Below are positions 41,020 to 51,800 of a stretch of 63,654 bases of DNA, one piece after another. The notes beneath the pieces are model-generated. The model was given only the letters and a program-made list of their open reading frames with translations. It had not been told where the DNA came from and did no database searches. This DNA comes from Verrucomicrobiota bacterium. GTDB lineage: Bacteria; Verrucomicrobiota; Verrucomicrobiia; Limisphaerales; UBA8199. Within the stretch, counting starts at the first letter, position 1, and each line of letters opens with the position of its first letter. The stretch spans positions 1 through 63,654 of the forward strand of contig JBAXTC010000001.1 in the NCBI GenBank assembly GCA_037130375.1, given 5' to 3'. The translations under genes were made by a program, and so were the position numbers.

Positions 41020-41790
41020 TCACGACCTCCGCGCCCGCAGCCGGGACCAAATCGCTTTCAAATTCCTCGAAGGATAGCGCGCCGTAAATCGCATCAAGGC
41101 AAACGCCGAGTCGGCTACCGTGTTGACGCCGAAATCAGTCGTGCATGCCGTTTTGTAACCCGCCCCGGCGACCAGTTCTCGCACCGCCTCGTTCCAATCG
41201 CCGTAAGGATAGCAAAAATGGTGAATCGGCCGGCCAAATAAATCCTCGAGCTTCTTGCGGCTTGCCGCAATCTCCTCCCGGGCTGCCGCCACGGACAGCC
41301 GAGTCAGCCACGGATGGGTCAGCGTGTGGGAGCCGATCTCATGCCCCGCCCCAAGCCAGTCCCGCACCTGCGCCGCATCCATCATCGGCTCGGGGGCCTC
41401 GCCCAGGGGCACATCCCACTCGTTGCATCTGCCCAGCAGATCAGCCACAAGAAACTGGATGGCTTTGAACCCCGTGCTCGCCAGCGGCTCCAACCCGTAG
41501 CGCAGCACATTGACGTAACCATCGTCGAACGTAATGACAATCCGCTTTTCCTGCAACGGCCCCGCGCACACATCGAGTGCCCCGGCGGCGAACCCCGCCT
41601 CGCCCAATTCCTCAAGCTGGCGGGCGAACAGCCTGCCGCTGACATAAAGTCCCTTGAGCCGCGCCCCCCGCGGTCGCGGCCCCAGCTTGTGGTAGGTCAG
41701 GACCGGATTGCCCTGACTGAAAAGCCGCCGGAATGGTCCCAGCGCGGAATAATAGGCCGGAGAGTTGGTCAATCTTTGGTCTTGGCTCAC
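41020..41790 (-). CDS. Polysaccharide deacetylase (NodB-type)
   Basis: 256-aa ORF. 'VITFDDGY', 'GHEIGSHTLTHPWL', 'FCYPYGDWN'. Confidence 0.85.
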   Translation of the reverse strand: MSQDQRLTNSPAYYSALGPFRRLFSQGNPVLTYHKLGPRPRGARLKGLYVSGRLFARQLEELGEAGFAAGALDVCAGPLQEKRIVITFDDGYVNVLRYGLEPLASTGFKAIQFLVADLLGRCNEWDVPLGEAPEPMMDAAQVRDWLGAGHEIGSHTLTHPWLTRLSVAAAREEIAASRKKLEDLFGRPIHHFCYPYGDWNEAVRELVAGAGYKTACTTDFGVNTVADSAFALMRFTARYPSRNLKAIWSRLRARRS

Positions 41791-41809
41791 TGGTGATTCC
41801 TTTCACCTC

Positions 41810-41950
41810 TTACCTCTCGCAGGCCCCGGCCAGCGCCTCGATCAAGTCCTGCCGATCTGCACCAGCCCAAACAATACCCCGCTTGCCCTCCCCACGGCTC
41901 ATGACGTGGCAAATGGCACCCGGGCACTCCACTCTCTGTTTGCGTGGCAC
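41810..41950 (-). pseudogene. N-terminal remnant (46 codons) of an IS200-like / REP-associated Y1 tyrosine transposase gene
   Basis: The minus strand reads '(V)PRKQRVECPGAICHVMSRGEGKRGIVWAGADRQDLIEALAGACER*'. This matches the characteristic N-terminus 'PR..R.eyPGAiYHVMsRGnrre.IF.dd.DR..fl..LaeAc..' of this family. It stops where the catalytic HUH region should begin. Confidence 0.55.
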
Positions 41951-42079
41951 AACCCATAACTAGCAGGTTGCTCCGCCCAGGGTCAACAAAAGGCATGCTG
42001 GACTTACCAATTCTCATCTTGACGGGGGCAAGCGTCCCGCAATTAAACCTGCGGCACGCTCGCGTTGCCGTGGTGATGG

Positions 42080-43408
42080 GTGGGCGGGGAGATGAGCGGA
42101 AAGCGCCCGATGGTGGTCCGGAAAGCTCCCAAATTGCCTTTTGCCTTCGCGCGGCTTTTCCTCCATGCTGGCGGCATGGCGTTAACGACGGCAGCAGCCG
42201 TGGTGGTGGTATTGATTTTCGCGGGCGCCAGCTTTTTTTTCGCGCTCGCGGAGACGGCGCTCTTTTCCCTCAGCAAATGGCAGGCCCGCCAGTTGGCGGA
42301 ACAGGAGCCGCGCGCCGGCGCGCTCGTGGCGCGGTTGCTGGCCGAGCCGCAGGATTTGCTGGCGACCATGGTGCTGGGCAATACGTTTGCCAGCGCGGGA
42401 ATGCTGGCAGTGGCGCTGTGGATGGCCATCCACGACCACTGGCCACTCAGTCTTACCATTGTAGGCCTGCTGCTGTTGATCCTGATTGGCTGCGAGGTCT
42501 GGCCCAAGACGCTGGCGGTGCGCCGGCCGGAGCAATGGGCGCTGCGTCTGGCGCGGCCGCTATCGTTCGTCGTGGGCTTTAGCCTGCCGCTGTGCCGGGT
42601 GGCGCAAAAGGTTAATGCGGCGATTCTCAAAGCCCTCGTGCCGCGGACGTTTCAATCACAAAGCACGCTGACGGATGCGGATTACCAGGAGTTGCTCGAA
42701 ATGGCGTACCAGCAAGGCACCCTGGCGCAGTCCGAGAAGGAAATCATTTTGCAGATCATCAGCCTCGATCGGCGGACGGCCAAAGAGGTAATGAAGCCGC
42801 GCTCTCAAATGGCTGCCATTTCTGACGATCTGTCTATCGAGGAGATGATTGCCGCGGCGCGCAAATACGGATACCGCCGGCTGCCCATCTACGACGAGAC
42901 GCCGGATACGATTGTTGGCATTCTCAACACGCGGGCGCTGCTGCTCGATCCGCAAATCGATCTGGCCGATGCGATCGAGTTTCCATCCTTTGTGCCCGAA
43001 GCGATGAACCTGCTGCAATTGCTCAAGAGCCTGCAGCGGCAGCAGCGCGGCCTGGCGATGGTGCTCGATGAATTCGGCGGCACTGCGGGGATTGTCACGA
43101 TGGAGGATATCCTGGGGGAACTGATCGGGAAGATACGCAGCGAAGTGGCGGCGGAAGGGTTCGTGATGGAGAAGCTTGGCCCGAGCCGCTGGCGCGTCGC
43201 CGGCACGCTGCGGCTGGATGATTTTCGGCGCGAGTATCCGGCTCTGGGCGATGTGCCCGAGGTCGAGACTATGGGCGGCCTGCTAACCAGCCTGTTGGAC
43301 ATGGTGCCTGGCTCGGGTGAATCGGCGACCTTCCGGGGCCTGAAGCTCACGGCGCACGTGGCGGATGAGCGCCGCGTGCGCGAGGTGCTGGTGGAGGTGG
43401 CGAGGTGA
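42080..43408 (+). CDS. CNNM/TlyC-family protein (DUF21 + CBS pair + CorC_HlyC)
   Basis: 442-aa ORF; the start is uncertain (a later Met before 'MALTTAAAVVV' is possible). 'FFALAETALFSL' DUF21 start, CBS region, C-terminal 'GTAGIVTMEDILGELIG'. Confidence 0.8.
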   Translation: MGGEMSGKRPMVVRKAPKLPFAFARLFLHAGGMALTTAAAVVVVLIFAGASFFFALAETALFSLSKWQARQLAEQEPRAGALVARLLAEPQDLLATMVLGNTFASAGMLAVALWMAIHDHWPLSLTIVGLLLLILIGCEVWPKTLAVRRPEQWALRLARPLSFVVGFSLPLCRVAQKVNAAILKALVPRTFQSQSTLTDADYQELLEMAYQQGTLAQSEKEIILQIISLDRRTAKEVMKPRSQMAAISDDLSIEEMIAAARKYGYRRLPIYDETPDTIVGILNTRALLLDPQIDLADAIEFPSFVPEAMNLLQLLKSLQRQQRGLAMVLDEFGGTAGIVTMEDILGELIGKIRSEVAAEGFVMEKLGPSRWRVAGTLRLDDFRREYPALGDVPEVETMGGLLTSLLDMVPGSGESATFRGLKLTAHVADERRVREVLVEVAR

Positions 43409-44388
43409 TCCCATTGATCTGGACAGTTTTCTTCGTGTGCCTGGCGTTGTCGTTCGTCTTGTCTGGCATGGAAGCGGGGGTGTTTGCGCTGAGCCGGTTG
43501 CGGATTCGGCAGCAAATGCGCGCCGGCCGGCCCTCGGCCAGGGTGTTGCACGAGTATCTCGAACACCCGGAGAACTTCCTGTGGACCATCCTGGTCGGCA
43601 ACACGGTCGCCAATTTTCTCATTCTGGGCTGGCTGGTCGCGAAACTACACGAGACGCTGGGCGAGCACCGCGTTTGGTTCGTCGTGGTGTTTTCCGTCGT
43701 GGTCTTCTTGTTTTACGCCTTCTTTGATTTGTTGCCGAAGATGCTGTTCCGCCTGCATCCGAACCGGCTATGCCTCCTGCTGGCGCGGCCGTTTCGTTTC
43801 ATCCATTTGTCCTTGCGGCCATTGGTGGCGGTGGTGGAAACGTTTTCGGACCTGCTGTTGCGGTGGCGGGGCGGAAAAGTGTTTACCGGCCACTTATTTG
43901 GCAATCGCGAGGAGTTGCGGCTGGTCATGCAGGAATCGGCCCAGGCGTTCACCTCGGAAGAAAGGACGATGATCAACCGTGTGCTGGACTTGCAAACCCT
44001 GACCGTGCGGCAGGTCATGAAGCCGCTCGAACAGGCCGTGGCGATAACGGCGCAGACCCTGGTCGGCGCCGTCCTGACGGTGTGTCGCGAACGGAAGCTC
44101 ACCCGGCTGCCCGTGTGGGAAGACCGGGACGGACGGAAGCGGATTATTGGCTTAATCGCCCTGAACACCTTACTGTATCAGCCGGAGATCGAGCCCAGCA
44201 AACCCGTGGGCGAGTATGTGAAGCCGGCCCTTTACCTGGATGAGGATATGCGGCTGGAAGTGGCGCTGCGGCGGATGCAGCGCAGCGGCCAGCGGTTGGC
44301 GATTGTGCTGGGCCGTGAGCGGCGCGAGATCGGCATTCTCAGTTTGCAGGATGTGCTTAAAGTCATCTTTGGGGAAGTGAGCCTGTAG
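43405..44388 (+). CDS. CNNM-family protein (DUF21 + CBS pair, no CorC_HlyC domain)
   Basis: 327-aa ORF whose GTG start overlaps the upstream stop. 'SGMEAGVFALSRLRIRQ' DUF21 start. Ends right after the CBS pair ('GILSLQDVLKVIFGEVSL'). Confidence 0.75.
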   Translation: MIPLIWTVFFVCLALSFVLSGMEAGVFALSRLRIRQQMRAGRPSARVLHEYLEHPENFLWTILVGNTVANFLILGWLVAKLHETLGEHRVWFVVVFSVVVFLFYAFFDLLPKMLFRLHPNRLCLLLARPFRFIHLSLRPLVAVVETFSDLLLRWRGGKVFTGHLFGNREELRLVMQESAQAFTSEERTMINRVLDLQTLTVRQVMKPLEQAVAITAQTLVGAVLTVCRERKLTRLPVWEDRDGRKRIIGLIALNTLLYQPEIEPSKPVGEYVKPALYLDEDMRLEVALRRMQRSGQRLAIVLGRERREIGILSLQDVLKVIFGEVSL

Positions 44389-44389
44389 C

Positions 44390-45715
44390 ATGGACTGGGA
44401 CGCCCTCATTTCGGTTGCGCTTCACGTCCTGGGGGTGGCGGCGCTCGTCCTGCTCAATGGTTTTTTTGTCGCGGCCGAGTTTTCGCTCGTGAAGGTGCGC
44501 GACACCCAATTGAGTCCGCTGGTGCATCAGGGCCATCGGCGCGCGCAGGTTGCCGACTTTATTTTGCAGCGACTCGATTCGTTCTTGAGCGCGGCGCAAC
44601 TGGGGATAACGCTGACAAGCCTTGGCCTGGGATGGATCGGCAAACCGGTTTTCGTTGTCCTGTTGCGACCGGTATTCGGTTTATTGAATCTGGAATCGCC
44701 GGAGATCCGGGAATTTCTGGCGGTCATCATCGGCTTTTCGGCGATCACGTTTTTGCACATCAGTGCGGGGGAGCAGGCGCCCAAATGGCTCGCCATTCAA
44801 AAGCCGCTGGCGACGGCGCTGTGGATTTCCCTTCCCATGCTCTGGTTCTACCGCGCCTCGTATCCTTTTGTGGTGGTGCTCAATTGGTCGTCAAAGTGGC
44901 TGCTGCGACAGGTGGGGCTGCGACCGACCTCCGAATCGGAGCAGGGCCATTCGGAGGAGGAATTGCGCCTGGTGTTCGCCGCGGCGCGAGAGCGCACGGG
45001 CGGGACGCCGCTGGGCCGGGAGATTCTGCTCAACGCGCTGGACTTGCGGCGGCGCGTCGCCCGCGAGGTCATGCGGCCGCGGCAGGAAATCGTCGCCTTT
45101 GACACCGAAGCCAGCATTGCCGAATGCCTCGATGTGGCCGAGAAAACCCGCTACTCGCGCTTCCCGCTGTGCGAAGGCGGCGACCTGGGCAAGTTGTTGG
45201 GCGTCGTTCACATCAAGGATTTGTATGCCATGCGGATCAAAGCGCGGAAAGGCGCGGATTTGATGCCGGCGGTCCGCAAGTTGCTCTATGTTCCCGAGAC
45301 CGCCCGGCTCGAGAAACTGTTGAAGTTCTTCCTCGATCGGAAGCTCCACATGGCCATAGTCGTTGATGAATATGGCGGCGCGCTCGGGATGGTGACGCTG
45401 GAGAACATTCTGGAGGAATTGGTGGGGCAGATTCAGGATGAGTTCGACCAGGAAAAGCCGCTGGTGGCCCGGACGGGCGAAAACACATGGGAGGCGGCGG
45501 GCACCCTCCCGTTGCACGAGTTGGAGGGACTGGTGGGTGAACCGCTCCAGGAGGAGGGTATCACCACCCTCAGCGGCTGGGTGACTCATCGGCTGGGCGG
45601 CTTCCCCAAACCCGGGGATGTGCTTGCGGTGGGCGCTTGTGAATTGCGCGTCGAGGCAATGGACGGCATGCGCGTCGCCCGACTGAAGCTGACAAAGCGA
45701 CCGGACCCGGCGTAA
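44390..45715 (+). CDS. CNNM/TlyC-family protein (DUF21 + CBS pair + CorC_HlyC)
   Basis: 441-aa ORF starting 1 nt after the upstream stop. '[17 protein letters not shown]', '[18 protein letters not shown]', C-terminal CorC-like domain. Confidence 0.85.
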   Translation: MDWDALISVALHVLGVAALVLLNGFFVAAEFSLVKVRDTQLSPLVHQGHRRAQVADFILQRLDSFLSAAQLGITLTSLGLGWIGKPVFVVLLRPVFGLLNLESPEIREFLAVIIGFSAITFLHISAGEQAPKWLAIQKPLATALWISLPMLWFYRASYPFVVVLNWSSKWLLRQVGLRPTSESEQGHSEEELRLVFAAARERTGGTPLGREILLNALDLRRRVAREVMRPRQEIVAFDTEASIAECLDVAEKTRYSRFPLCEGGDLGKLLGVVHIKDLYAMRIKARKGADLMPAVRKLLYVPETARLEKLLKFFLDRKLHMAIVVDEYGGALGMVTLENILEELVGQIQDEFDQEKPLVARTGENTWEAAGTLPLHELEGLVGEPLQEEGITTLSGWVTHRLGGFPKPGDVLAVGACELRVEAMDGMRVARLKLTKRPDPA

Positions 45716-45858
45716 AGGAAAAACGCTCGCTCCGCTCAATCGGCGTGTGCTAACTTGCTTGCCTCGGCCAGCGCCTGAAGCAGATCAATCTTGTCCACAC
45801 CCGCTGTCCGAGGCGCGCAATTTTTGTTGTGCCTTGAGTTCAGGGCCGGGGGCGTTGT

Positions 45859-48800
45859 TCACAAGCCATGCCGGAAGCAACGGGCGGCCCAGGCGAATAC
45901 GGCGAGGATCCCGAACGTGGCGGCAAGGATTAGGATACGGATGCTCCACGAAGCGGTTTTGACGGCTTTGGCATGGAGCGTGATTCTCAAGTCAGCCCAA
46001 GTATCTACCACGACCGAGCGTTTGAAGGTCAGGACGCGGCCTTGCTCGGGAATGCTTGCGCGCAATGCCGAGGGACTGCTGACCGCAGCGTCCTGCTGCT
46101 GAATGAGGCGCTCGGCCAAACGCATGTAGGCGGCGTTATCGTCGGCGGTGTTGCGGTCGATGATGTCCTTGGCATCCTGCTGTGTGTACGCGACATCTTT
46201 GCGGCCGCGCAGGTCGCGGAGTTTGCCGCCGAGGGCGGCGGGATCGTTGGCGGCGGTGGCCTGGCGCACATTCAAGCCGACCAGCGCTTGCTGGAGCTTG
46301 ATGTTGTGCAATTGCACCCGGGCGTCTTCGTTGAAAGCGGCGTCCTGGGTCGAAAGGCCGAAAGCGGCCTGATAAGCGCGGCGCGCCTGCTGCGGATCAC
46401 CTTGTTCGAGTGCGGAGTTGCCCGTGGCCATGAGCCCTTCGGCTTCCTTGAAACGCTCCCGCTGGTGGTTCGCTTCATTCTGCAGATAGGTCTGGAGATC
46501 AACCGTCGTGGCGCGGGGGACGATTTCCTGCTGCTGCAACTGGAGCGAGCCGCCCCAGTCTTTGAGTTGCCATTTGTCGCTGAGCGAGACGCGCCAGGTG
46601 AGGTTCTCGAGCGGAAGGTCAAACTTGGGAGCCAGCAACTCCAGGTTGAGCGAGCGCGCATCGGTCGGGCCGATGCGGTCGCTGTAGAACAATTCGACGG
46701 GGATGACTTTGCCGCCGCGCGACTGCTGTTCGAGCGGAATGAGGATGCGGTCCTGCTCACGCCAGGGCCAGACGCCGTTTTGGTTGACAAAGGCGAACCA
46801 GAAATGGGCGTCTTTGGGCAACGTGAGGCTGAGCAGACGTTTGTCGCCCGGCAGCATCTCCAGACGCACGAGGGTGAGCATGACGCCATTGTCAGAAATC
46901 ACCGAGGTGAACGTAATGTTGTTCACCCGAGCAGGAAGCAGTTTGGCGGCTTCGTAACGCTCAAGGTGCAAGGGAAGCCCGAAGGACGGCTCGACCAGGC
47001 GATAGGCGAAGTTGGCGGCGCTGGCTGCCAGGCCCTGCTGCAGAGCCCGGGGAATGCTCTGCCATTCAGTCGGCTGGAGGGCCGCGGGCAGGGCATCGAC
47101 TCGGACCTGTAATCGGCCCCCGGATTGGACGGTGACGAACCCTCGCTGGAGGTTCACATCGGCAGCTTGCAGGCCCCGCAAGATGGCTTCCGGCGCATGG
47201 TCCGGCATGAGGGTCTGGTAGGTCGCCTGCAAGAGATAGGAGCCGATGACGCGGCGATGCAATTTCACCTCCCATTCCTGCAGGCCGTTAGTGACGACAC
47301 CCGGCAACGGCAGGAAGTCGGCGAGTTGGTCGCCCTGGAAGCGCACGCTCTCGGCATTGGTGGGGATGAAGATGTGAAAAGCTTTGAGGCCTGTATTGTC
47401 GATCTGGTATTGCAGATTGGCAGCGACCTTGACCAGGGCTTCGTTGACGATAGCGTGCTGCAGGCTGGTGACCTGAATCCACGGGTCCACTTGCTCTATG
47501 CTCAGCGCCAGATTCCAAGGCGTTTGCAGAATGCGGAACGCCAATACGCCCTTTTGCCGGATACCCGATTTCTGGGGATCGAGCTGGGTGACTCCGTCGC
47601 GGGCGCCGACCTGGAGGCGCATGCCTTGTTCCGGCACGAGGAGGAGGGTGCCGCGCTGTTTGCCAGCCTCGCGCAGCACCAGTTGCGGGACGGCCCAGGC
47701 GTTCGTGGCTTTGACGCCCGGCCCAGTCAGGCTGATGGCGAATTGCTGCCGGCCCTCGGTCTTGCCGGCCAGATGCAACGTGATCACGCGGCCCGCATCG
47801 GTCTTTGACTCGGTCCAATGGCTCAACGCCGAGCCGCTGATGGATTCGACATCAAACCCGGCAGGCATGACAAAGCTCAAGCGGAAGATGCCGGCACGGG
47901 TGATTTCGACCGTGGCGGTGTCGGCCAGGACCGTTCGGTCTTCGCCGAGAGAGACAGTGTCTTGCGTCTCGACGCGAACATCCGGTTCCACGGGGGATGC
48001 CTTCAGGGTGAAGAGTAGGGCAGGCGTCCCGCCTACCCCCGTTTGTGTGTTGCTCGCGCTGGGTTGGAGGGGCAGGCGAGACGCCTGCCCTACTTTGTCG
48101 GCATAACGGAAGGCGCGGCGGACGGTGAGACCGGGAACCTGGGTCTGCAGAACGGCGGTCACGTTGGTGGGGAAATCCTCGAGGTTGATCGGCGAGAAGG
48201 CCAGGGCGGTGACGGCGTCGAGCTGCACTTCATTGCCGGTGGCGATGCCCAGCAGACCGATTTGTCCGGCGGCGTTCTCGACGCACAACAGGCCAATCGA
48301 TTGCTCGAAAGGTAAAGGTCCGGTGGTAACTTGCGAGCGAACCAGCAGCCCAAAGGGGCGGGACTGCGGCGGGTTGAGCGTGACGCGCAGTTTACGCGTA
48401 TCCGGGTCGAACCTCCACAGCGACACCAGGGAACCGGACGGGGTTCGTGACGATTTGGCCTCCGCCGAGGCCTGGGTTTTCGCCGCGTCGAACACGTCGG
48501 TGATTGTTGCGCCGGCCGGCACGTCCAGAACCAGCTCGCTCAATTCGCCTTGGGCCGGTCGGATAGAGACATAATGGGCGGCCTCGATTATGCCCGCGGT
48601 GGGAACGTAGAGTTGGGCAACGTCGGCATAGAACACCGGCTTCTCGCGTTTGACGTCTCGAGTGCGGGGTTGCCAGGCGATCCAGCCGTCGCTGACCGGA
48701 GACAGCACTAGCTTGGCAACGGTGTTGCTCCCAGCGGTTTCGCGCTGGACCGAAACCGCTTGCGGCGAGCGCACATCCACGTCGAGGTTGACCACGGTGA

Positions 48801-51800
48801 GATTGAGTCGGTTGACCAAACCGGCTGGCACCGGCAGGACGATGCCGTTTTCCGCATCCTTCCTGGCTACCGGTAATTCGTATTGCAATTGCAGGTCGAA
48901 CACGCCGCCCTTTTGGGCCAGGAGTTGTTGCGCTGGCCGGGAACCGGCCGGAGCCTGCACGAGCTTGAGCACATTGGTGGGGTAGTCGATTCGCGTCAGC
49001 ACGGTCGGTTCGAACAATATCGGCAGCATCTCACCCTTTTCAGCCTTCCAGCGAATCCTGGCCGTCGCCAGGGCAAACTTGTCTTCGATGCGAATGTCCT
49101 GGGTCACAGACTCGGCGAGAGGCGGGTCTTTGGGAAGTAGCGCAGGTTTCGCATCTGCGCTGCGGGCAGAGAGCGGGGTGCCCAGGCTGAGCCAAGCCAG
49201 GCCAGCGAGCAAGACGACAGCGACTGCGGGGGCCGCGCCATTCTTGGTTTTCAGCGACCGCGCGTGGATGGGTTGCGGCGGTTGCTGCCAGAGTTTGCGC
49301 AGTGCCGGAAGCGCGACCTGCAGGACGACAAAGGCACCCAGGATCGCAAAGAAGGGCGCCGCTCCGTTCGGCGACCGCAGCGCCGCCCACATGAGCAACA
49401 GCCAGCCGAGAATCCAGATCAGGGTTCTGGAGATCGGTTTGTCACTGATCCAGCCATAGATCCACAACGCGAGCGTCAAGAGAGCAGGCCAGGCGCAGCC
49501 AAGGAGGCTCAGCATGGACATGTTATCGTCGAGGTTGAATACCTCCACGGTCATGGCGCTGCCGGCCTGCTGCACCGGTGCAAGGAATGTCACATCACGC
49601 GACACGGCGGCTATCTGATGCGAGGCTACCTCGCCAAGCTTCAGAAACGCCGCGAGGGCAATGGCAAATGCAACGATGCCCAGCAGGGTTCCCGAAAGGT
49701 GGCGGTTGCTGAATTTATAGACACCCGGCTGAGTGGACCAGCGCCACAGCACTATCGCCAGCGCTAAGAAAGCCAGCGCGGCAAGAAGCGAGTTCAGGGC
49801 GCGACCGGCTTCCTCGCCGGTGAACATCCGTGACAACCCGGCAAAGCCAGTCAGGTCCGCCACGCCCCCCATCGGCGTCAGCGAGCCGCGGCGATATACC
49901 AGGCGCTGGCCGGCATCGGGTTCCAGTCTCCATTCTGCCAGCATCACCGGCGCGTTGACGACCGGCGCAGCCACACTGACGAGTTTGGCGTCGTTCGTCC
50001 CGGCGAGTTTCAAGTCGAGGGTCAGCACGGCGCTGGGGTCGGTGCGTTTGGGCAAAGGAATAAGCGTTGCCTGGGCATCGGTCACCGGCACAACCGAGGC
50101 GCCGTTGACAGTCGCAGACCATAATTGGGTCCCCGGTGGGAGCGTCAGGCGGAAGTGCGGGTTGCCACGGTTCTTGACAAAGTAGCGCACGTCCGTGAGC
50201 GCCTGGCCTTCCTTCGATATGTGCGTGGTCAGCGAGGCGCGGTCCACCACCTGGCTGAGGGAATCGCCTTGTGCGAGCGGACTGAGCGCGAGCTTCAGGT
50301 TGAAGGGACGCGAGGTGTAGCGGTAGGCCGCCAGGATGGGGGCGTCAAAGAACAGCCGGTATTCCGGCGGCACCTCACCGGTCTCCAGCGGCAGCAGTCC
50401 GGGAGACACGTCGGCCGGCTTCACTTGAAACTGATACGCGCTGATGATGAGCGTGTGGCCTTGCTCGGATTGGGCGTCCAGCGGGCGCGCGCCGGTGAAG
50501 GTGAGCGTCTCGCCCTGGGCCTTGAACGGCCGCTCATAGGTCGCCAGCAGCGTATAGGCGCCGGACACCGGCGTGTGCAATTGCACCACATAACCGCCTT
50601 CCGTTTTTTGCCAGTTGCGGATGTCTTTGCCGGCGAACTCGACGTTGAAGTATTCATCCGATAGCTCGATCTTGAAGGCGGATACCGGCGCGCCCGAAAC
50701 GACGTAGTTGATCACGCTGCTGCCATAGGCGATGCCTTCGCCGATGGAGAACAGATTGAGGGCATCGGCCTGGACGGTCTGCGGCAGCCGCTCGACCCGA
50801 ACGGTCCCTTGCCAGGCTGGGTCACTCAGCCGAAAAGCGGCCTGAATGCCCGCGACTTTGCGCGGGAAAAAGGCGGTGGCGATTTCCGTCAGGGCCTGGG
50901 TCCGCTCCGGTGTCAGGCGGAAGCCTGCGTCGGCCGCCACAGCCAGGTTGCCGCGCACCGATTTGGCTTTGGCGACTTCGATGCGCGGCAAGGTCCAGCT
51001 TGCCTCGCCCAGCGGTTTGTTGCGTTCGAGGCGGAGTTGCACGACCTGTCTGCCGGAGACCGGCTGGCCGTACACCAGGCGCAGTTCGGCATCGGACTGG
51101 TCATCCGGCTCGCGGAGGAAATAATCACTCAGACCCGAGGCGTTAAGGCGGGCGATGGCGTAGCCTTTGGGCACGCGCAGGACCAGCTCGCGCAAAGGCG
51201 CCTCGCGGATGTCCAGCTCGATCTCCGAGTCAATCGCCAGCTCGTTCTCCCCGAGGTGATACGCCAGCACTTCCGAGACTGTCAGTTCGGGCAGGATTTG
51301 GTCGGCCTGGATGCGCAACCCGAAGTCAGCCCCTGAAAACCGGTAGGCAAAGCGCTGACTACCGGTAACGCGCAAGGCGGACCGGGTGAGATCGCTCTCG
51401 GGGAACTGCTCGGGCGAGATTTGCGACAGGCCGCTGGCCTGGGCGACTTCGAGCCGCACAGCCCCTTCGTTCACGATACGGAAATAGCCGGCGAAACGCG
51501 TTGCCCCTTCAGGCCGCAACTGGATGGAATCGGCGGTTTGTGGAAATGCACCGAGGGGAGTCTGCATTTGCACCTGGATGGAGAATTGATCCTTCTGGGG
51601 CTGGTTGAACTGGACGACCAGGCGGCGGTCGGCGGAGTTCGAAGTCGGCTCGACTTTCCAGGAGAGGACCTGGTCGCCCTGGACGCGTGTGACCTCGCCC
51701 GCGCCGTGCAATTGCAGTGTCACCTGGGTCAGCTCCCCTTGCATGATTTTGAAATCGAGGAGTGCGACCTGCCGCATAAGGCCGGGGCTGAGGCTGATCT

